Below are positions 36,776-46,503 of a stretch of DNA of 64,000 bases, one piece after another. How positions within the stretch are numbered: the stretch's first letter is position 1; each line of letters begins with the position of its first letter. The stretch lies in the IMG/VR virus record IMGVR_UViG_3300028381_000200, positions 1-64,000 of that record; one strand, written 5' to 3'. A program made the translations under genes and the position numbers. The notes below the pieces were generated by a model, which worked only from the letters and a program-made list of their open reading frames with translations, had not been told where the DNA came from and made no database searches. The DNA comes from a virus. Its lineage: Duplodnaviria; Caudoviricetes.

Positions 36776-37107
36776 TCGGACCTCCGGGGGATAATGGTGA
36801 CCACGTTCGAGACCTGGGGCAGCACGGCCAGGGCGTTGCTGCCCATAATCTCCAAGCCCTCCTCATTGGCGTAAACGTCGAAGCGCTCCCGGTTGATTGT
36901 AAATTCCAAGCGGGTGCCATCGGCCAGATAGGTGCTGCCGTCGTCGAGGTTCCCATCTGGGCCAGCCCGCAGATAGTTCTTAATCCGGATACTGGTCTTC
37001 ACGGTCGTGGGCGCGTCGCGCTTCAAGGTGGCGACCTGGTCTTCGAGCGCCTGGACGTAGTCCTTGAAGCGTCGGGGGAGCGCGTCGTAGCCGTCAGGTC
37101 GGGTCAT
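36772..37107 (-). CDS. hypothetical protein
   Basis: ATGA coupling. Confidence 0.65.
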   Translation of the reverse strand: MTRPDGYDALPRRFKDYVQALEDQVATLKRDAPTTVKTSIRIKNYLRAGPDGNLDDGSTYLADGTRLEFTINRERFDVYANEEGLEIMGSNALAVLPQVSNVVTIIPRRSE

Positions 37108-37325
37108 GGTCCATCCTCCAGCAGCCGGTCGATTTCGCGCTCTAGCTCCGGGATGCGCTCATACTCCAGCTTGTCAATCTTCACGAGCAGGTCGTCACGG
37201 GCACCCTCGGCAGCCTTGAGCCGGTCCCGCGCCTCGGCCACCGCCCGTGACAGGTGGTCGTCGTAGCCGTTGCGCAGTTTCAATTGCGCCTCACTCAACA
37301 GCTGGTCCAGGTCCGGCTTAGTCAC
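37104..37325 (-). CDS. coiled-coil hypothetical protein
   Basis: Operon packing. Confidence 0.6.
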   Translation of the reverse strand: MTKPDLDQLLSEAQLKLRNGYDDHLSRAVAEARDRLKAAEGARDDLLVKIDKLEYERIPELEREIDRLLEDGP

Positions 37326-37704
37326 TGGAATCCTCCGTCAGGTTCAACCCTTCCTCGAAGTGGGGGTGGTCGGGGGCCAGCACCGTGACCGGGGCGACAT
37401 CGTCCAGGTCGGCGTCTTCCCACTCGTCAAGCATGGCCTGGGCGGCTTGCCCGGCCTCGCTCTCTTGCCACTTCTCGCTGTGGGCCTCAAATTCGTCGCG
37501 TAACTCCCCGGCCACCGATGCCACGAACGTGCGGGCCTTGCCCAGACGCTGGTTGTGGTCCTTAATCGCGCGGTTCACAAAATTGAGCCGCACGTCGATA
37601 TGCTCCAGGAGATTCAGAAATTGCGCATGAATCAATTCCCGGTCCGACCGCAACATCTTCTGGTGCTCGGCTAATTCCGCGCGCTGTGACTTCGTCAGCT
37701 TCAT
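37318..37704 (-). CDS. acidic helical phage protein
   Basis: SEKWQESEAG motif; coupling. Confidence 0.65.
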   Translation of the reverse strand: MKLTKSQRAELAEHQKMLRSDRELIHAQFLNLLEHIDVRLNFVNRAIKDHNQRLGKARTFVASVAGELRDEFEAHSEKWQESEAGQAAQAMLDEWEDADLDDVAPVTVLAPDHPHFEEGLNLTEDSSD

Positions 37705-38006
37705 TTGTGCTCTTCCCAGACGTCGAAATCGGGATCACCCTCTGTGGGTTTCACCGACTTGTTCCCCGCCTTGCGTAGGTCGTTGAGCAGCCGCACCTGG
37801 GCGTTCACCGCCTCCAGGCAGTCGGGATTCCACAACGTGTGCCCCTCCGGCCGAAAGACGTATTGCCGCCAGGGCGTGTAGAACGAAATCACGCCCAGCT
37901 GCTCGTTGCTGCTCTTCGAGACGACGGCCATCACCGCTGTCTTGGTGTCGCTGCGCCGTGGTTCGAACTTGAGATAAATCATCGGCCACTCCGGTTCAAA
38001 ATTCAT
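37701..38006 (-). CDS. hypothetical phage protein
   Basis: KT...LG.I.FYTPWRQYVF.P...CL. Confidence 0.65.
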   Translation of the reverse strand: MNFEPEWPMIYLKFEPRRSDTKTAVMAVVSKSSNEQLGVISFYTPWRQYVFRPEGHTLWNPDCLEAVNAQVRLLNDLRKAGNKSVKPTEGDPDFDVWEEHK

Positions 38007-38428
38007 GGCCAGACCATAATCGTGGTCCGGCCCACCTTCGCTGCGTAGCGGACCGTGTGCCAGGTGCCGCTGCGCATCACTTCCTTCCGCTGCCTCGGGG
38101 CCGCAATCAACACGTCCACGCGGTCGACGATATCCTTGTTCCGGTCCAGGGGCGAACGCGGCCTCGCCACCACGTCGCCGTCTTCGTTGATCGTCAGCGT
38201 CGCCTGCTTGCTGACGTCAACCAGTGCCGGGTGCACCTCCCGCCGGTAGCCCAGGTGCGCCGCCAGGTCGTGGGCTTCTGCGTCCGCGCCGATACAGCCG
38301 CCGTGGTGCAGCGTCACGGGGTCCTTGGCGAAGGACTGGCCGTCGGCAATGTTGCGCAGCCAGAACGCGACCTCGGCCTTCTGCTTGGCCGTCATGCCCT
38401 CCTGGGTGCCGGTGAAGCCAACCCTCAT
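38003..38428 (-). CDS. SLOG/DprA-like nucleotide-binding protein
   Basis: VGFTGT, HGGCIGAD, RNKDIV, SGTWHTVRYA. Confidence 0.75.
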   Translation of the reverse strand: MRVGFTGTQEGMTAKQKAEVAFWLRNIADGQSFAKDPVTLHHGGCIGADAEAHDLAAHLGYRREVHPALVDVSKQATLTINEDGDVVARPRSPLDRNKDIVDRVDVLIAAPRQRKEVMRSGTWHTVRYAAKVGRTTIMVWP

Positions 38429-38646
38429 GGAGCCACCCACCCGTCCGGCGTCGCAGGCATGCCCATGGCGATATAGCACGCCGTGCAGGCGAAGTGCCCG
38501 TTGGTCGGATTGTAGGTGCCCTCGTTCTCACGCACAAACTCCGCCGGGGTCATCTCTTCGCTAGCGGCTTGATCCCGATACTCGTCCAAGTCTTCGGCAT
38601 TCTTGCCGCAGCCAATGCACACCGGCCGAATCAACGGCTTCGTCAC
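38425..38646 (-). CDS. Zn-finger hypothetical protein
   Basis: CIGC...EGTYNP.NGHFACTACY. Confidence 0.6.
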   Translation of the reverse strand: MTKPLIRPVCIGCGKNAEDLDEYRDQAASEEMTPAEFVRENEGTYNPTNGHFACTACYIAMGMPATPDGWVAP

Positions 38647-38770
38647 GTCACACCTCCCTTGTCGAGCCACACGAGTAGCGCGCCACCGACAATCCCCAGC
38701 GCGCCGACCTCGTAGCCGCCTGCGGCCACCAGGGCAGCCCCGAGCAGGATCGCCGTCGCGCCGAACCACA

Positions 38771-39070
38771 TCATGCTTCCTCCCAGAACCAGGTCGTCGA
38801 CCAATTCACCTCAGCGATTTTCGCCGCCGTCAACCGCCGCGCGGCTGCGTCCATCGCCCGCTGCGACGCGAAGTAAAAGTTCATGTCGCGCTCCCCGAAG
38901 CCTGCGCCGCTCGACCCCGAGGCGCGGCCCACCGCCTCCGTAATGACACGGTCCAAGTCAAAGGCCCGCGCCAGGGGATACGACACGTCGAGCCGAAACG
39001 TCTTACTCGCTCCCTTCTTCTGTTTTGCCATCATCGCCTCCATTTCGACGGGCGCAGCACGTCGCGCCAA
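38771..39070 (-). CDS. hypothetical protein
   Basis: SGAGFGERD motif. Confidence 0.55.
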   Translation of the reverse strand: MARRAAPVEMEAMMAKQKKGASKTFRLDVSYPLARAFDLDRVITEAVGRASGSSGAGFGERDMNFYFASQRAMDAAARRLTAAKIAEVNWSTTWFWEEA

Positions 39071-39581
39071 CGGTGGGGCACCCGACTATACGGGAACGTC
39101 CACGCGGCCACGACCAGCGTCATAATTATCCACGTGCTCATGATTCTTACCTTTCTTGGGCGGGCGTCGGCTTGCCCGCGTCAGGAGTTTGGCCACCAAC
39201 CATCACCGGCTAGGTTCAACGGGCTCACGCCCTCCCCCTCCGGCTCGGTCTCCCTTTCCCGGCCCGTCGACCGGGCTGCTCTTCGCGTCGAGCGCCGCCT
39301 GGCACCCGGCACACAATCGGCCGTGGCCTTGCGGCTCACAGCAGTGATAGGTGCCGACCCATTCTCGGCCGCACCAGTCACATAACAATTCAACCGTGAT
39401 ACAACTCATGGTCGGACAACCCCACCCTCACCCGACCTGCTGTCATCTCCATGCCCATCGTGAGTGACCACATGACAGCGCCTCGACTTGAGATCGGAGA
39501 CTCCCGGACTACGACTCATGAGCCAGCACCAGGAGTCTCCCAACCGTCACTTGTTGCATGTGTCACCTGCTGGCTCAAACC

Positions 39582-39863
39582 CTAGTAGCCTCCTGTCTCG
39601 GCCGCGTAGCGCTCCAGCTCCGACGCAATGTCGAGCAGGCTGCGCCCGTGGTCGTGGTGCTCGCGCTCCGCCAGGGTGGCCAGGGCCACCGCCGGGTCGT
39701 GCTGGGCGACGCGCGCCACCGGGCCGCACTCGTCGGCGAAGTGGTAGACCTTCCCCTTCCCGAACCGCACCTTCGTGCCCACCGGCACTTTGCCGCCGCA
39801 GCGCTTGCAGGTGCCGGGATACTTCGTGACGATTGTTGAGAACGGGGCCTTGTTGAATGCCAT
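39582..39863 (-). CDS. hypothetical protein
   Basis: KYPGTCKRCG...H..EC; GGAGG RBS. Confidence 0.6.
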   Translation of the reverse strand: MAFNKAPFSTIVTKYPGTCKRCGGKVPVGTKVRFGKGKVYHFADECGPVARVAQHDPAVALATLAEREHHDHGRSLLDIASELERYAAETGGY

Positions 39864-39899
39864 GGATTCCTCCGTGTTGCCCTCGCGGGCTGTTAGCTG

Positions 39900-40184
39900 T
39901 CAGTTGCAATCGCGCTTCAGGGTCCAGCCGTAAATCCGACCGCGCCCCATGTCCGGCTCGGTGCTCACCACCACCGCCGCGTGGCACTTGTCGCAGAACG
40001 CTTCCCGTCCGTAGGGGTCGTGCGACCCGCGCTGGTGCCAGGTCGTGATCCGGTGGCCGCGCGCCTGGCTCGCCGCTTCCGCTTCGCGCTTCAGTGCGCC
40101 CAGTTCGGCGAAGTCGTCGACTCCCTTGCCCGTCACCTCCACCTTGCTCGTGCCGCGTCTCGCTTTCTTCATCTTCATGTGCAT
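39900..40184 (-). CDS. hypothetical protein
   Basis: AGGAG RBS, downstream of promoter. Confidence 0.55.
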   Translation of the reverse strand: MHMKMKKARRGTSKVEVTGKGVDDFAELGALKREAEAASQARGHRITTWHQRGSHDPYGREAFCDKCHAAVVVSTEPDMGRGRIYGWTLKRDCN

Positions 40185-40228
40185 CTCCTGTGGCCCTCGC
40201 GGGCGGTTGAACTTCCAGAGACACATAG

Positions 40229-40257
40229 ATGGTATCATGGAATTAATAATAAGTCAA
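40229..40257 (-). promoter_or_regulatory. promoter with operator variant
   Basis: TTGACT-17-TACCAT; ATTAATAATA in spacer. Confidence 0.6.
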
Positions 40258-40267
40258 CTTCTCATTT

Positions 40268-40609
40268 TCAGCGCGACCACCGTTTGATCGCCTGGTCCTG
40301 CTTGGCTTCCGCCTTCGCGCGCACCGGGTCGACCACCGTTTCCTGCAACAGCGCGTCGGGGTCCAGCGTCGGGTCCTGGGCCAGGCGACGCGCAACCGAG
40401 GCCGCGTTCGCCGTCGTGGCTTCGCGCTCGGTATGGTCCGCATACGTCAACGTCAACACGCGCTCAATCTTGTCGTCGAACACGTCGGTCTCGGGATGCA
40501 CCTCCGGCGTCCACTTCGTCACCACGACCTGCTGCGATTCGCCATTCACCAGCACCGCGAACTGCACCGTGTCGTTCTTGTTATGGAATACCCGTTCAAT
40601 CCGAAACAT
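40268..40609 (-). CDS. hypothetical protein
   Basis: ORF in early-gene run. Confidence 0.55.
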   Translation of the reverse strand: MFRIERVFHNKNDTVQFAVLVNGESQQVVVTKWTPEVHPETDVFDDKIERVLTLTYADHTEREATTANAASVARRLAQDPTLDPDALLQETVVDPVRAKAEAKQDQAIKRWSR

Positions 40610-40615
40610 GGTGCG

Positions 40616-40789
40616 TCACCCCCCACTCTTTTCCAGTTCATCCTCCGCCATTTCTCGGCGGTGCCGAACGGCCAACTCGATATCCTTGAGCCCCTCGGCG
40701 AAGTCCGCCAGTGAACAGTCCACGACTTCAGCCTTGCTGAGGGTCTCCTCCGCGATTTTCTCCCACACTTCCTCCAACTCCTGGTCCAC
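40616..40789 (-). CDS. small acidic protein (not in ORF track)
   Basis: GGAGGT RBS, GTG start, DQELEEVWEKIAEE... Confidence 0.5.
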   Translation of the reverse strand: MDQELEEVWEKIAEETLSKAEVVDCSLADFAEGLKDIELAVRHRREMAEDELEKSGG

Positions 40790-40993
40790 GCAACACCTCC
40801 TCTACCGTCGCATTCCGCAACGCATCCACATAAAGCGCATTGGTGCGCCAAACCTGGCCGCACGTCAGACATTTGACTTCGCTGTAGGGCGACCACGTCC
40901 ACCGGTTGCCGTTGAACGCCGAGTGATTCGAGTGCCGCTGCACCACGACCCACTGATCGTGGTGCGCCCGGTCGCGGCACGCCTTCCCCATGC

Positions 40994-41362
40994 TCATACG
41001 CCCCACCCGTAGTCGGTGTGCCCATCGTAGCTCGTCGCGTGCGTGAACGGCTTCGGCTCCACCACCAGGAGCGCCGACCGCAGCGCCAGCTTCAGCCCCT
41101 CGACGTCCAGCTTCGGCCCACCACCGATATGCACCGTCATGTCGGCCTTGTAGTCGTAGAGCGTGAACGGCTGGTTGCCGAACCGGCCCACGAAATCGAA
41201 CGACGCCTTGTCGTCGCCGTTCACGACCATCGATTGGCCGCTGGCCGTCAGGAGCCGGGCCACCAGCTCCTCAAACTTCCACGTCGTGTTGTCCAAGTAG
41301 CCGCGCAGGGACGTGCCGCCCGTGTCGGCTTCAGCGTCCCATTCAAGAGTCTTCGTCGCCAT
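40994..41362 (-). CDS. hypothetical phage protein
   Basis: GTSLRG, GDDK, FTLYDYK, HIGG. Confidence 0.65.
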   Translation of the reverse strand: MATKTLEWDAEADTGGTSLRGYLDNTTWKFEELVARLLTASGQSMVVNGDDKASFDFVGRFGNQPFTLYDYKADMTVHIGGGPKLDVEGLKLALRSALLVVEPKPFTHATSYDGHTDYGWGV

Positions 41363-41600
41363 CCTCCACCTCCTTTTTTTCGAGTAATGCGAGTGCCCGC
41401 TTGTAGGACGTGTGCACCAGCCGCTCGTCTTCGTTCTCGAAGACGGCCCGGCCCCCTTCGACGCCGACAAACATCCACTCTTGGCCCTTCATCGTGACGT
41501 CCTGGCCCAGGTGCTCCATCAGCTCTTTGACCAGGGGCGTCTCGCGGTAGACCATTTGGTGCCGCAGCATGTCGACCAAGTCGTCAGCGTCAACCCTCAT
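41343..41600 (-). CDS. hypothetical protein
   Basis: GGAGG RBS. Confidence 0.55.
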   Translation of the reverse strand: MRVDADDLVDMLRHQMVYRETPLVKELMEHLGQDVTMKGQEWMFVGVEGGRAVFENEDERLVHTSYKRALALLEKKEVEDGDEDS

Positions 41601-41609
41601 CGAGCCCTC

Positions 41610-41795
41610 CTATTCCCACCCTTGCGCTTGTGCCCATCGCGTGCCTTGCTCCAACGCGAGAGTCGTGATCCGCAACATCTTTTCAGACGGGAACGGCTTC
41701 CGAGATTTACGAGCAGCGCGCTCCGCGTTTCGGAGTGCGGTTACTTCTCGGTTAATCTCCGCGTCCGTCATTTGCTGCACAGACTTACGTGCCAT
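41610..41795 (-). CDS. hypothetical protein
   Basis: GGAGGT RBS. Confidence 0.55.
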   Translation of the reverse strand: MARKSVQQMTDAEINREVTALRNAERAARKSRKPFPSEKMLRITTLALEQGTRWAQAQGWE

Positions 41796-42003
41796 TGGTC
41801 ACCTCCCCTTCAGCCACGGCCGTGTAGTGGCCGTCGACCACCACCACGAGGCCCCGCTGCACCAAGCTGTCGAGAATGCGCGCGGTGCCGCTGTAGGTAT
41901 TCCAATACCACCCGGAGCCATAGCCCTTTTGGGTCCAGCCCCCTCGCTCACGCAACACCTTGAGCACCGCCGCCTGATTTTTCCCGAGTGGCCTGTTAGC
42001 CAT
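41785..42003 (-). CDS. small winged-helix-like protein
   Basis: LGKNQ..VL..L...TARILDSLVQRGLV. Confidence 0.55.
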   Translation of the reverse strand: MANRPLGKNQAAVLKVLRERGGWTQKGYGSGWYWNTYSGTARILDSLVQRGLVVVVDGHYTAVAEGEVTNGT

Positions 42004-42598
42004 GGACCACCGCCGTTTCCTTCGGCGTGGTTTCCTCGACCCACTTCTGAACCTGCCAGTCGACGTAGTTGATCCCGTCGGCCACCGACAACTTCCGCTG
42101 TTCGCTGTCCGAGTAGCTCCAGCCGCCCGACGCGCCCTGTTGGTGCACGAACTTCTCGGCCCCGATTGCCTGGGCCACTCGCGCGAGGTAGGCCCCGAAC
42201 GTCGCCGCGCGCCCGTATTTCTCGTCGAGTTTCGCCATGCGGCGCTCAATGGTCTTCAGCGTGTGGGCCATCAGCTGGGCCTCGCGCGCATCGACCGAGA
42301 AGACGTTCTGATACCGCACCTCCCACCCGTAAAGGTGTCGAGGATTCCCCTTGCGCTCGCCCTGGCTGGTCACCACCAGGTCTTTGAGCCAGAGACCGTT
42401 GACGACACCGCGCGTGTTCCGCACGGAGTCGTAGCGCACGCCGCTGAAGGTCTCACCCTGGTCCACCTGCCGCCGCTCGTAAGCGTCGTAGCCAATCGTG
42501 ACCACGCTCGCCCGGACGTGGTAGTAGTCCCCGTCCCGCTGCTCCGTCACGTAGAGCCCGAGCTGCGTCACGTCCTTCTGTCGCCTGGGTTTGTTCAT
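41996..42598 (-). CDS. hypothetical protein
   Basis: GAGGAGG RBS, downstream of strong promoter. Confidence 0.7.
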   Translation of the reverse strand: MNKPRRQKDVTQLGLYVTEQRDGDYYHVRASVVTIGYDAYERRQVDQGETFSGVRYDSVRNTRGVVNGLWLKDLVVTSQGERKGNPRHLYGWEVRYQNVFSVDAREAQLMAHTLKTIERRMAKLDEKYGRAATFGAYLARVAQAIGAEKFVHQQGASGGWSYSDSEQRKLSVADGINYVDWQVQKWVEETTPKETAVVHG

Positions 42599-42711
42599 TG
42601 CTGCCTCCTCTGTTGGTCTTTCGACCGGTTAAGGTTTGGTGGCTCGTGTCGGGGTCCGCCCTGGTCAACCGTCCAGGAGGTCTGCCCTCCGAACGCCGTC
42701 CACCTGCCACC

Positions 42712-42740
42712 ACTATACACCTCGAATTATTAGTTGTCAA
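42712..42740 (-). promoter_or_regulatory. near-consensus promoter with operator
   Basis: TTGACA-17-TATAGT; motif 42725-42734. Confidence 0.75.
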
Positions 42741-42961
42741 CGCCTCCGTCGTCGCGGTGTGCGAATCTCGCGGTCGTTGTAAGCCGCCTCCTGGCAGTGC
42801 GAGCCCGCGCAGGTGACCGAGTAACCCGGTGGGCGAGGATTGCCGCAGTAGCGGCAGCGACCGGTCGAGCGTTCGTCCTGCTGATAACGCAGGTCGTCCT
42901 GTTCGGCCTTCTCGCGCAGCGCCTTCGTGCCGTCTTGTGAGCCGTCGTAAAGGATATACAT
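42737..42961 (-). CDS. small Zn-finger protein
   Basis: CRYC...C...C; AGGAGG RBS. Confidence 0.55.
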   Translation of the reverse strand: MYILYDGSQDGTKALREKAEQDDLRYQQDERSTGRCRYCGNPRPPGYSVTCAGSHCQEAAYNDREIRTPRRRRR

Positions 42962-43055
42962 GCTCGCCTCCTGTGGCCCTTCCAGGCCGTTGGGTTGTCG
43001 TCGAACTGCCCCCACTATACGCCTTTTTCCGAGGATTTCAAGCCCTATTTTCTGA

Positions 43056-43084
43056 TTGACGTGAATTATTAATTATGAGACAAT
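43056..43084 (+). promoter_or_regulatory. rightward promoter with operator variant
   Basis: TTGACG-17-GACAAT; AATTATTAAT in spacer. Confidence 0.65.
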
Positions 43085-43212
43085 GTCCCTGTCGTTACCG
43101 AGGCACAGCGGTTGGAAGCCGCCAGTGACCAAGGTCGTGGGCGCGGGTGGCCACGTAAACGGACCACCTTCGAAACCCAAACCGCGCGCGAGCGCAACCT
43201 GGAGGCACACAC

Positions 43213-43506
43213 ATGATGCTCTTGACCAAAGAAAACCGCAAGGCCCTGCCTGCGCTCTACAGCCAGGACGGGAAGGGCATGGACGCGGTCGCCGTCGTGA
43301 AGTTTTTCGACCCGACCGGCAGCTGGACCTGGTATGCGACCGAGTTTGACGGGGTCGACACCTTCTTCGGCCTGGTCGACGGCCACGAGAAGGAACTGGG
43401 CTACTTCAGCCTGGGGGAACTGCAAGCGCTCAAGGGTCGCTTCGGCCTGGGCGTTGAACGCGACATGCACTTCAAGCCCACGGCGCTCAAGGACTTGATG
43501 AAATAA
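43213..43506 (+). CDS. DUF2958-like protein
   Basis: VKFFDP.GSWTWYATE, FGLV.G.E.ELGYFSL.EL, VERD. Confidence 0.8.
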   Translation: MMLLTKENRKALPALYSQDGKGMDAVAVVKFFDPTGSWTWYATEFDGVDTFFGLVDGHEKELGYFSLGELQALKGRFGLGVERDMHFKPTALKDLMK

Positions 43507-43527
43507 GCGGTGAGCCGAAACTAGCGG

Positions 43528-43556
43528 TTGCAATAACTAATAGTTTCGGCTACACT
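43528..43556 (+). promoter_or_regulatory. promoter with operator variant
   Basis: TTGCAA-17-TACACT; ACTAATAGTT. Confidence 0.6.
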
Positions 43557-43615
43557 GTCTTCGCACTTCAGACACAGACTCGAACAGCGCGCAAGCGCAA
43601 CACGGGAGGCACCAA

Positions 43616-43825
43616 ATGAACCTGACTTGCCCGGAATGCCAAGGGACGATGACCGTCACGTCGGCACTGACCGAACGGCCGTATCACCCTGGCTATCACA
43701 ACGCGGACCTGCCGCTGCCGACCAAAATGGTCGACACCGTGGTGGCCGCGTGCAACGAGTGCGAGTTTATCTACGAACTGACGCGCGACGAGCAGAACGC
43801 GTATTACCAGGAAGGGGGCCGCTAA
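43616..43825 (+). CDS. Zn-ribbon protein
   Basis: CPEC...CNEC. Confidence 0.6.
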   Translation: MNLTCPECQGTMTVTSALTERPYHPGYHNADLPLPTKMVDTVVAACNECEFIYELTRDEQNAYYQEGGR

Positions 43826-44031
43826 TGATGAAGCCGTTCCCAGCCAAAACATTGATCGACACCGTGCGCGCGGGCGACCGCGTCACGATTGTGGACCGCT
43901 TCGGGAAGCAGCATTCCGGCCGGGCCGTGATGCCATGCAGCGCCGGAGGCTGGGTCCTGAACATGGGCGGCAAATACGGCACGCCCGGTATCGCCGACGA
44001 CACCAACACCGTGAGTGTTCGACACAAGTAG
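43825..44031 (+). CDS. hypothetical protein
   Basis: TAATG coupling. Confidence 0.55.
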   Translation: MMKPFPAKTLIDTVRAGDRVTIVDRFGKQHSGRAVMPCSAGGWVLNMGGKYGTPGIADDTNTVSVRHK

Positions 44032-44045
44032 AAAGGAGCGAAAAA

Positions 44046-44231
44046 ATGCCGCGTCTGGCGCTGTTTAGCAACATAAAAAACTGCCCGTTCACCATCTTCG
44101 CGGCAACGCACTACCGGCCTGACGGCACGTGCAAGTGCGACGACCAGAAGGAACGGGACCGCATGATCCGGCACTGGGGCTACCGCCCAGAGCATTTCAA
44201 GGATATCCCGCTGCGAAAGGACAGCGACTGA
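44046..44231 (+). CDS. hypothetical protein
   Basis: AAAGGAGCG RBS; CP..I...HYRPDGTCKC. Confidence 0.55.
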   Translation: MPRLALFSNIKNCPFTIFAATHYRPDGTCKCDDQKERDRMIRHWGYRPEHFKDIPLRKDSD

Positions 44232-44233
44232 CC

Positions 44234-44707
44234 ATGACTCGACGCGTGTGCATGACCATCGTCGTCTTCCACTGGGTGGAGCACCTCACGCAAGCCTATC
44301 AAGTGTGGGTCCTGGGCTGGCCTCGCCCACACGCCATGGGCTTTGTGGGGCTCCTGATTCCGTGGCTCATGCACTCGGAGTGGTTGCACTACGGCTTCGC
44401 CGTCGCCATGTATCTCGGCATGTGGGCGCTGATCGACCAGGACGGTATCACCGGCCGCGCGAGTGGCTGGTGGCGGCTCGCCTGCTGGTTGCAGACCTGG
44501 CACCTGTTCGAACACTCGCTGCTGCTCGTCCAAGCGCAGCTCGGCGTCGCCGTGCCGGTGAGCATCATTCAACTGTGGTGGCCGCGAATCGAACTGCACT
44601 TGTTCTACAACACCGTCGTCACCGTGCCCATGCTGTGGGCGCTCTGGATTGAGCACCACACACGGCACACTGAAAGGAGCGAGTTTCAATGGCAACCGAA
44701 CGGGTAA
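44234..44707 (+). CDS. multi-pass membrane protein
   Basis: Four hydrophobic segments with H/E motifs (HWVEH, EWLH, WHLFEH, ELH). Confidence 0.7.
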   Translation: MTRRVCMTIVVFHWVEHLTQAYQVWVLGWPRPHAMGFVGLLIPWLMHSEWLHYGFAVAMYLGMWALIDQDGITGRASGWWRLACWLQTWHLFEHSLLLVQAQLGVAVPVSIIQLWWPRIELHLFYNTVVTVPMLWALWIEHHTRHTERSEFQWQPNG

Positions 44708-46503
44708 TACTCCACGGCCTCCGGCAAAAGAATGGCGCGGAGGAAGTGATCGAGCGCCGAATTGAACGGCCGTCACGTATATATTTCACCACAGGTGGCT
44801 ACGTCAGTGACCCAGGTCTGGCCTTCAAGGTTGGTGACACCGTCATCTTCTCGGACGTCAATGTGGCCGATGACACCGCAATCATTCGACACAAGGACGA
44901 CCTGACGGTAGTCCCTGACTTCTCATCGATTTTCGTGCCGCCGACCGCTGCGCCGACCACGGCCGTGGCCCAACTGAAGGGACGACCGCTCGTTGCTCAG
45001 CCCAGCGCACGCGAAACCATTGACCAATGGCTGCGCGACAAGCAGTGGTTCCGACCGGGGGTGCGGGCACTCGGCCCACACAACCTGGGGAACATCATGC
45101 ACCAATGGGTGCTGCATTCCGACGAGCCGATTACCGACGCGTTGCGCTACCTGCTCGCGTCGTCGAACGGCACGACGCATACGGCTACCTGCCGCCCGTA
45201 TCGTGGCACACCGGACGAGAACCTGGCGATTGACGCAGCCACGTATCAACGCGGGGACCTGACGCGCTTCAGTGGCGTCGGGCTACGCGATACGCTCAAG
45301 CCGCTCACCAACCTGGTCGGCGCTGGCACGCCGTTGTTGGGAATCCCCAACATTCATTCGACCCCGATTTGCGTGATCGGCAACGGTCCGGCCGGGGCTA
45401 TGGTGCATTACGGCTTGCGGGTCCTGGGCTTCAACAACCTGACCCTCTACGACCGGCAGGGCACATCGAAGGGCATCTGGACGCAAGAGAACGTCTACAA
45501 AGGCAGCCGCAATAACCCGCGCGAGCTGACCTTTCTCAACGTGGCCACGCTGAAGGCCGCGCCGGGGGACGGCGCGTCGGTGCGCACATTTGTCGACAGC
45601 ATGGCCCAGACTCCCAGCAAAGCGGCGCTCAACGGGGTCACGCCGAAACCGTTCGCCCATCAAATCTTGTTCACCGGAGGGGCAACGCCGTCCACCTACC
45701 CCATCGTCATTAACTGCATGGGCGTGGGGAAACCGGCGGACGTTGACCCGCGACGTATGAAGACCACGAACGGCAGCAAGCTGGGCGTGCGTTGGCAGCA
45801 GATTCTGACGGCGGAGCAGCTGCGCCGGAAGCGACTGCTCTTCGTCGGGCTCGGCAACTCGACGGCGGAAATGCTGGCGCAAATGCACAAGTTCATCGAC
45901 CAAGGGGTGGACACCGACTACCGCGTGCTCACGCACTACCCGGAAGACGCCGTGCGCAATCCGGCGTCCACGGTGCTCAACAACGGGAAGGACTACCGCG
46001 TGTTCCGGGACCCAACCACCAACCTGGTCGACTACCAGGGCGACCTGGCTGCGTCGCGTGCGGACTACTTCCGCGCGTTGCACAGTGGCCGTCTCATTAG
46101 CGGGGTCAACGGGTGGAAAGTCATCAACGGGGGACACCACGATCAGAAAGGCGTGTTGGCGGCGACGTCGGTGGTGCCGCGCCGGAATCTGACGCACGAG
46201 GTCGCTGACATTGCGCAGCTCTACACGCTGATTGGCTACGAGCACTCCGCCGACGTGCTCAAATCTTTCGGGATCGACCTGGACGCGCAGGGCGGACCGA
46301 AATACGACTACGACGGAGAATTTTTCCACGGCTCCGGCGAGAACCGAAAAATTCTGAAGGGCTACTTCGGGCTCGGCGCGGTGCTGGAGTCCGAATGGAA
46401 TCCCAACGCCGTGGTGATTCCCGGCATGCTGCACCGCATTGGCGACCTGCTGTTCGGCGTCATCCTGCGCGCAGCAGAATATCAGCTGTCGAAGGAGCTG
46501 TAA
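44689..46503 (+). CDS. flavin-dependent oxidoreductase/monooxygenase-like protein
   Basis: VIGNGPAG (FAD) and FVGLGNS (NAD(P)H) motifs. Confidence 0.7.
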   Translation: MATERVILHGLRQKNGAEEVIERRIERPSRIYFTTGGYVSDPGLAFKVGDTVIFSDVNVADDTAIIRHKDDLTVVPDFSSIFVPPTAAPTTAVAQLKGRPLVAQPSARETIDQWLRDKQWFRPGVRALGPHNLGNIMHQWVLHSDEPITDALRYLLASSNGTTHTATCRPYRGTPDENLAIDAATYQRGDLTRFSGVGLRDTLKPLTNLVGAGTPLLGIPNIHSTPICVIGNGPAGAMVHYGLRVLGFNNLTLYDRQGTSKGIWTQENVYKGSRNNPRELTFLNVATLKAAPGDGASVRTFVDSMAQTPSKAALNGVTPKPFAHQILFTGGATPSTYPIVINCMGVGKPADVDPRRMKTTNGSKLGVRWQQILTAEQLRRKRLLFVGLGNSTAEMLAQMHKFIDQGVDTDYRVLTHYPEDAVRNPASTVLNNGKDYRVFRDPTTNLVDYQGDLAASRADYFRALHSGRLISGVNGWKVINGGHHDQKGVLAATSVVPRRNLTHEVADIAQLYTLIGYEHSADVLKSFGIDLDAQGGPKYDYDGEFFHGSGENRKILKGYFGLGAVLESEWNPNAVVIPGMLHRIGDLLFGVILRAAEYQLSKEL

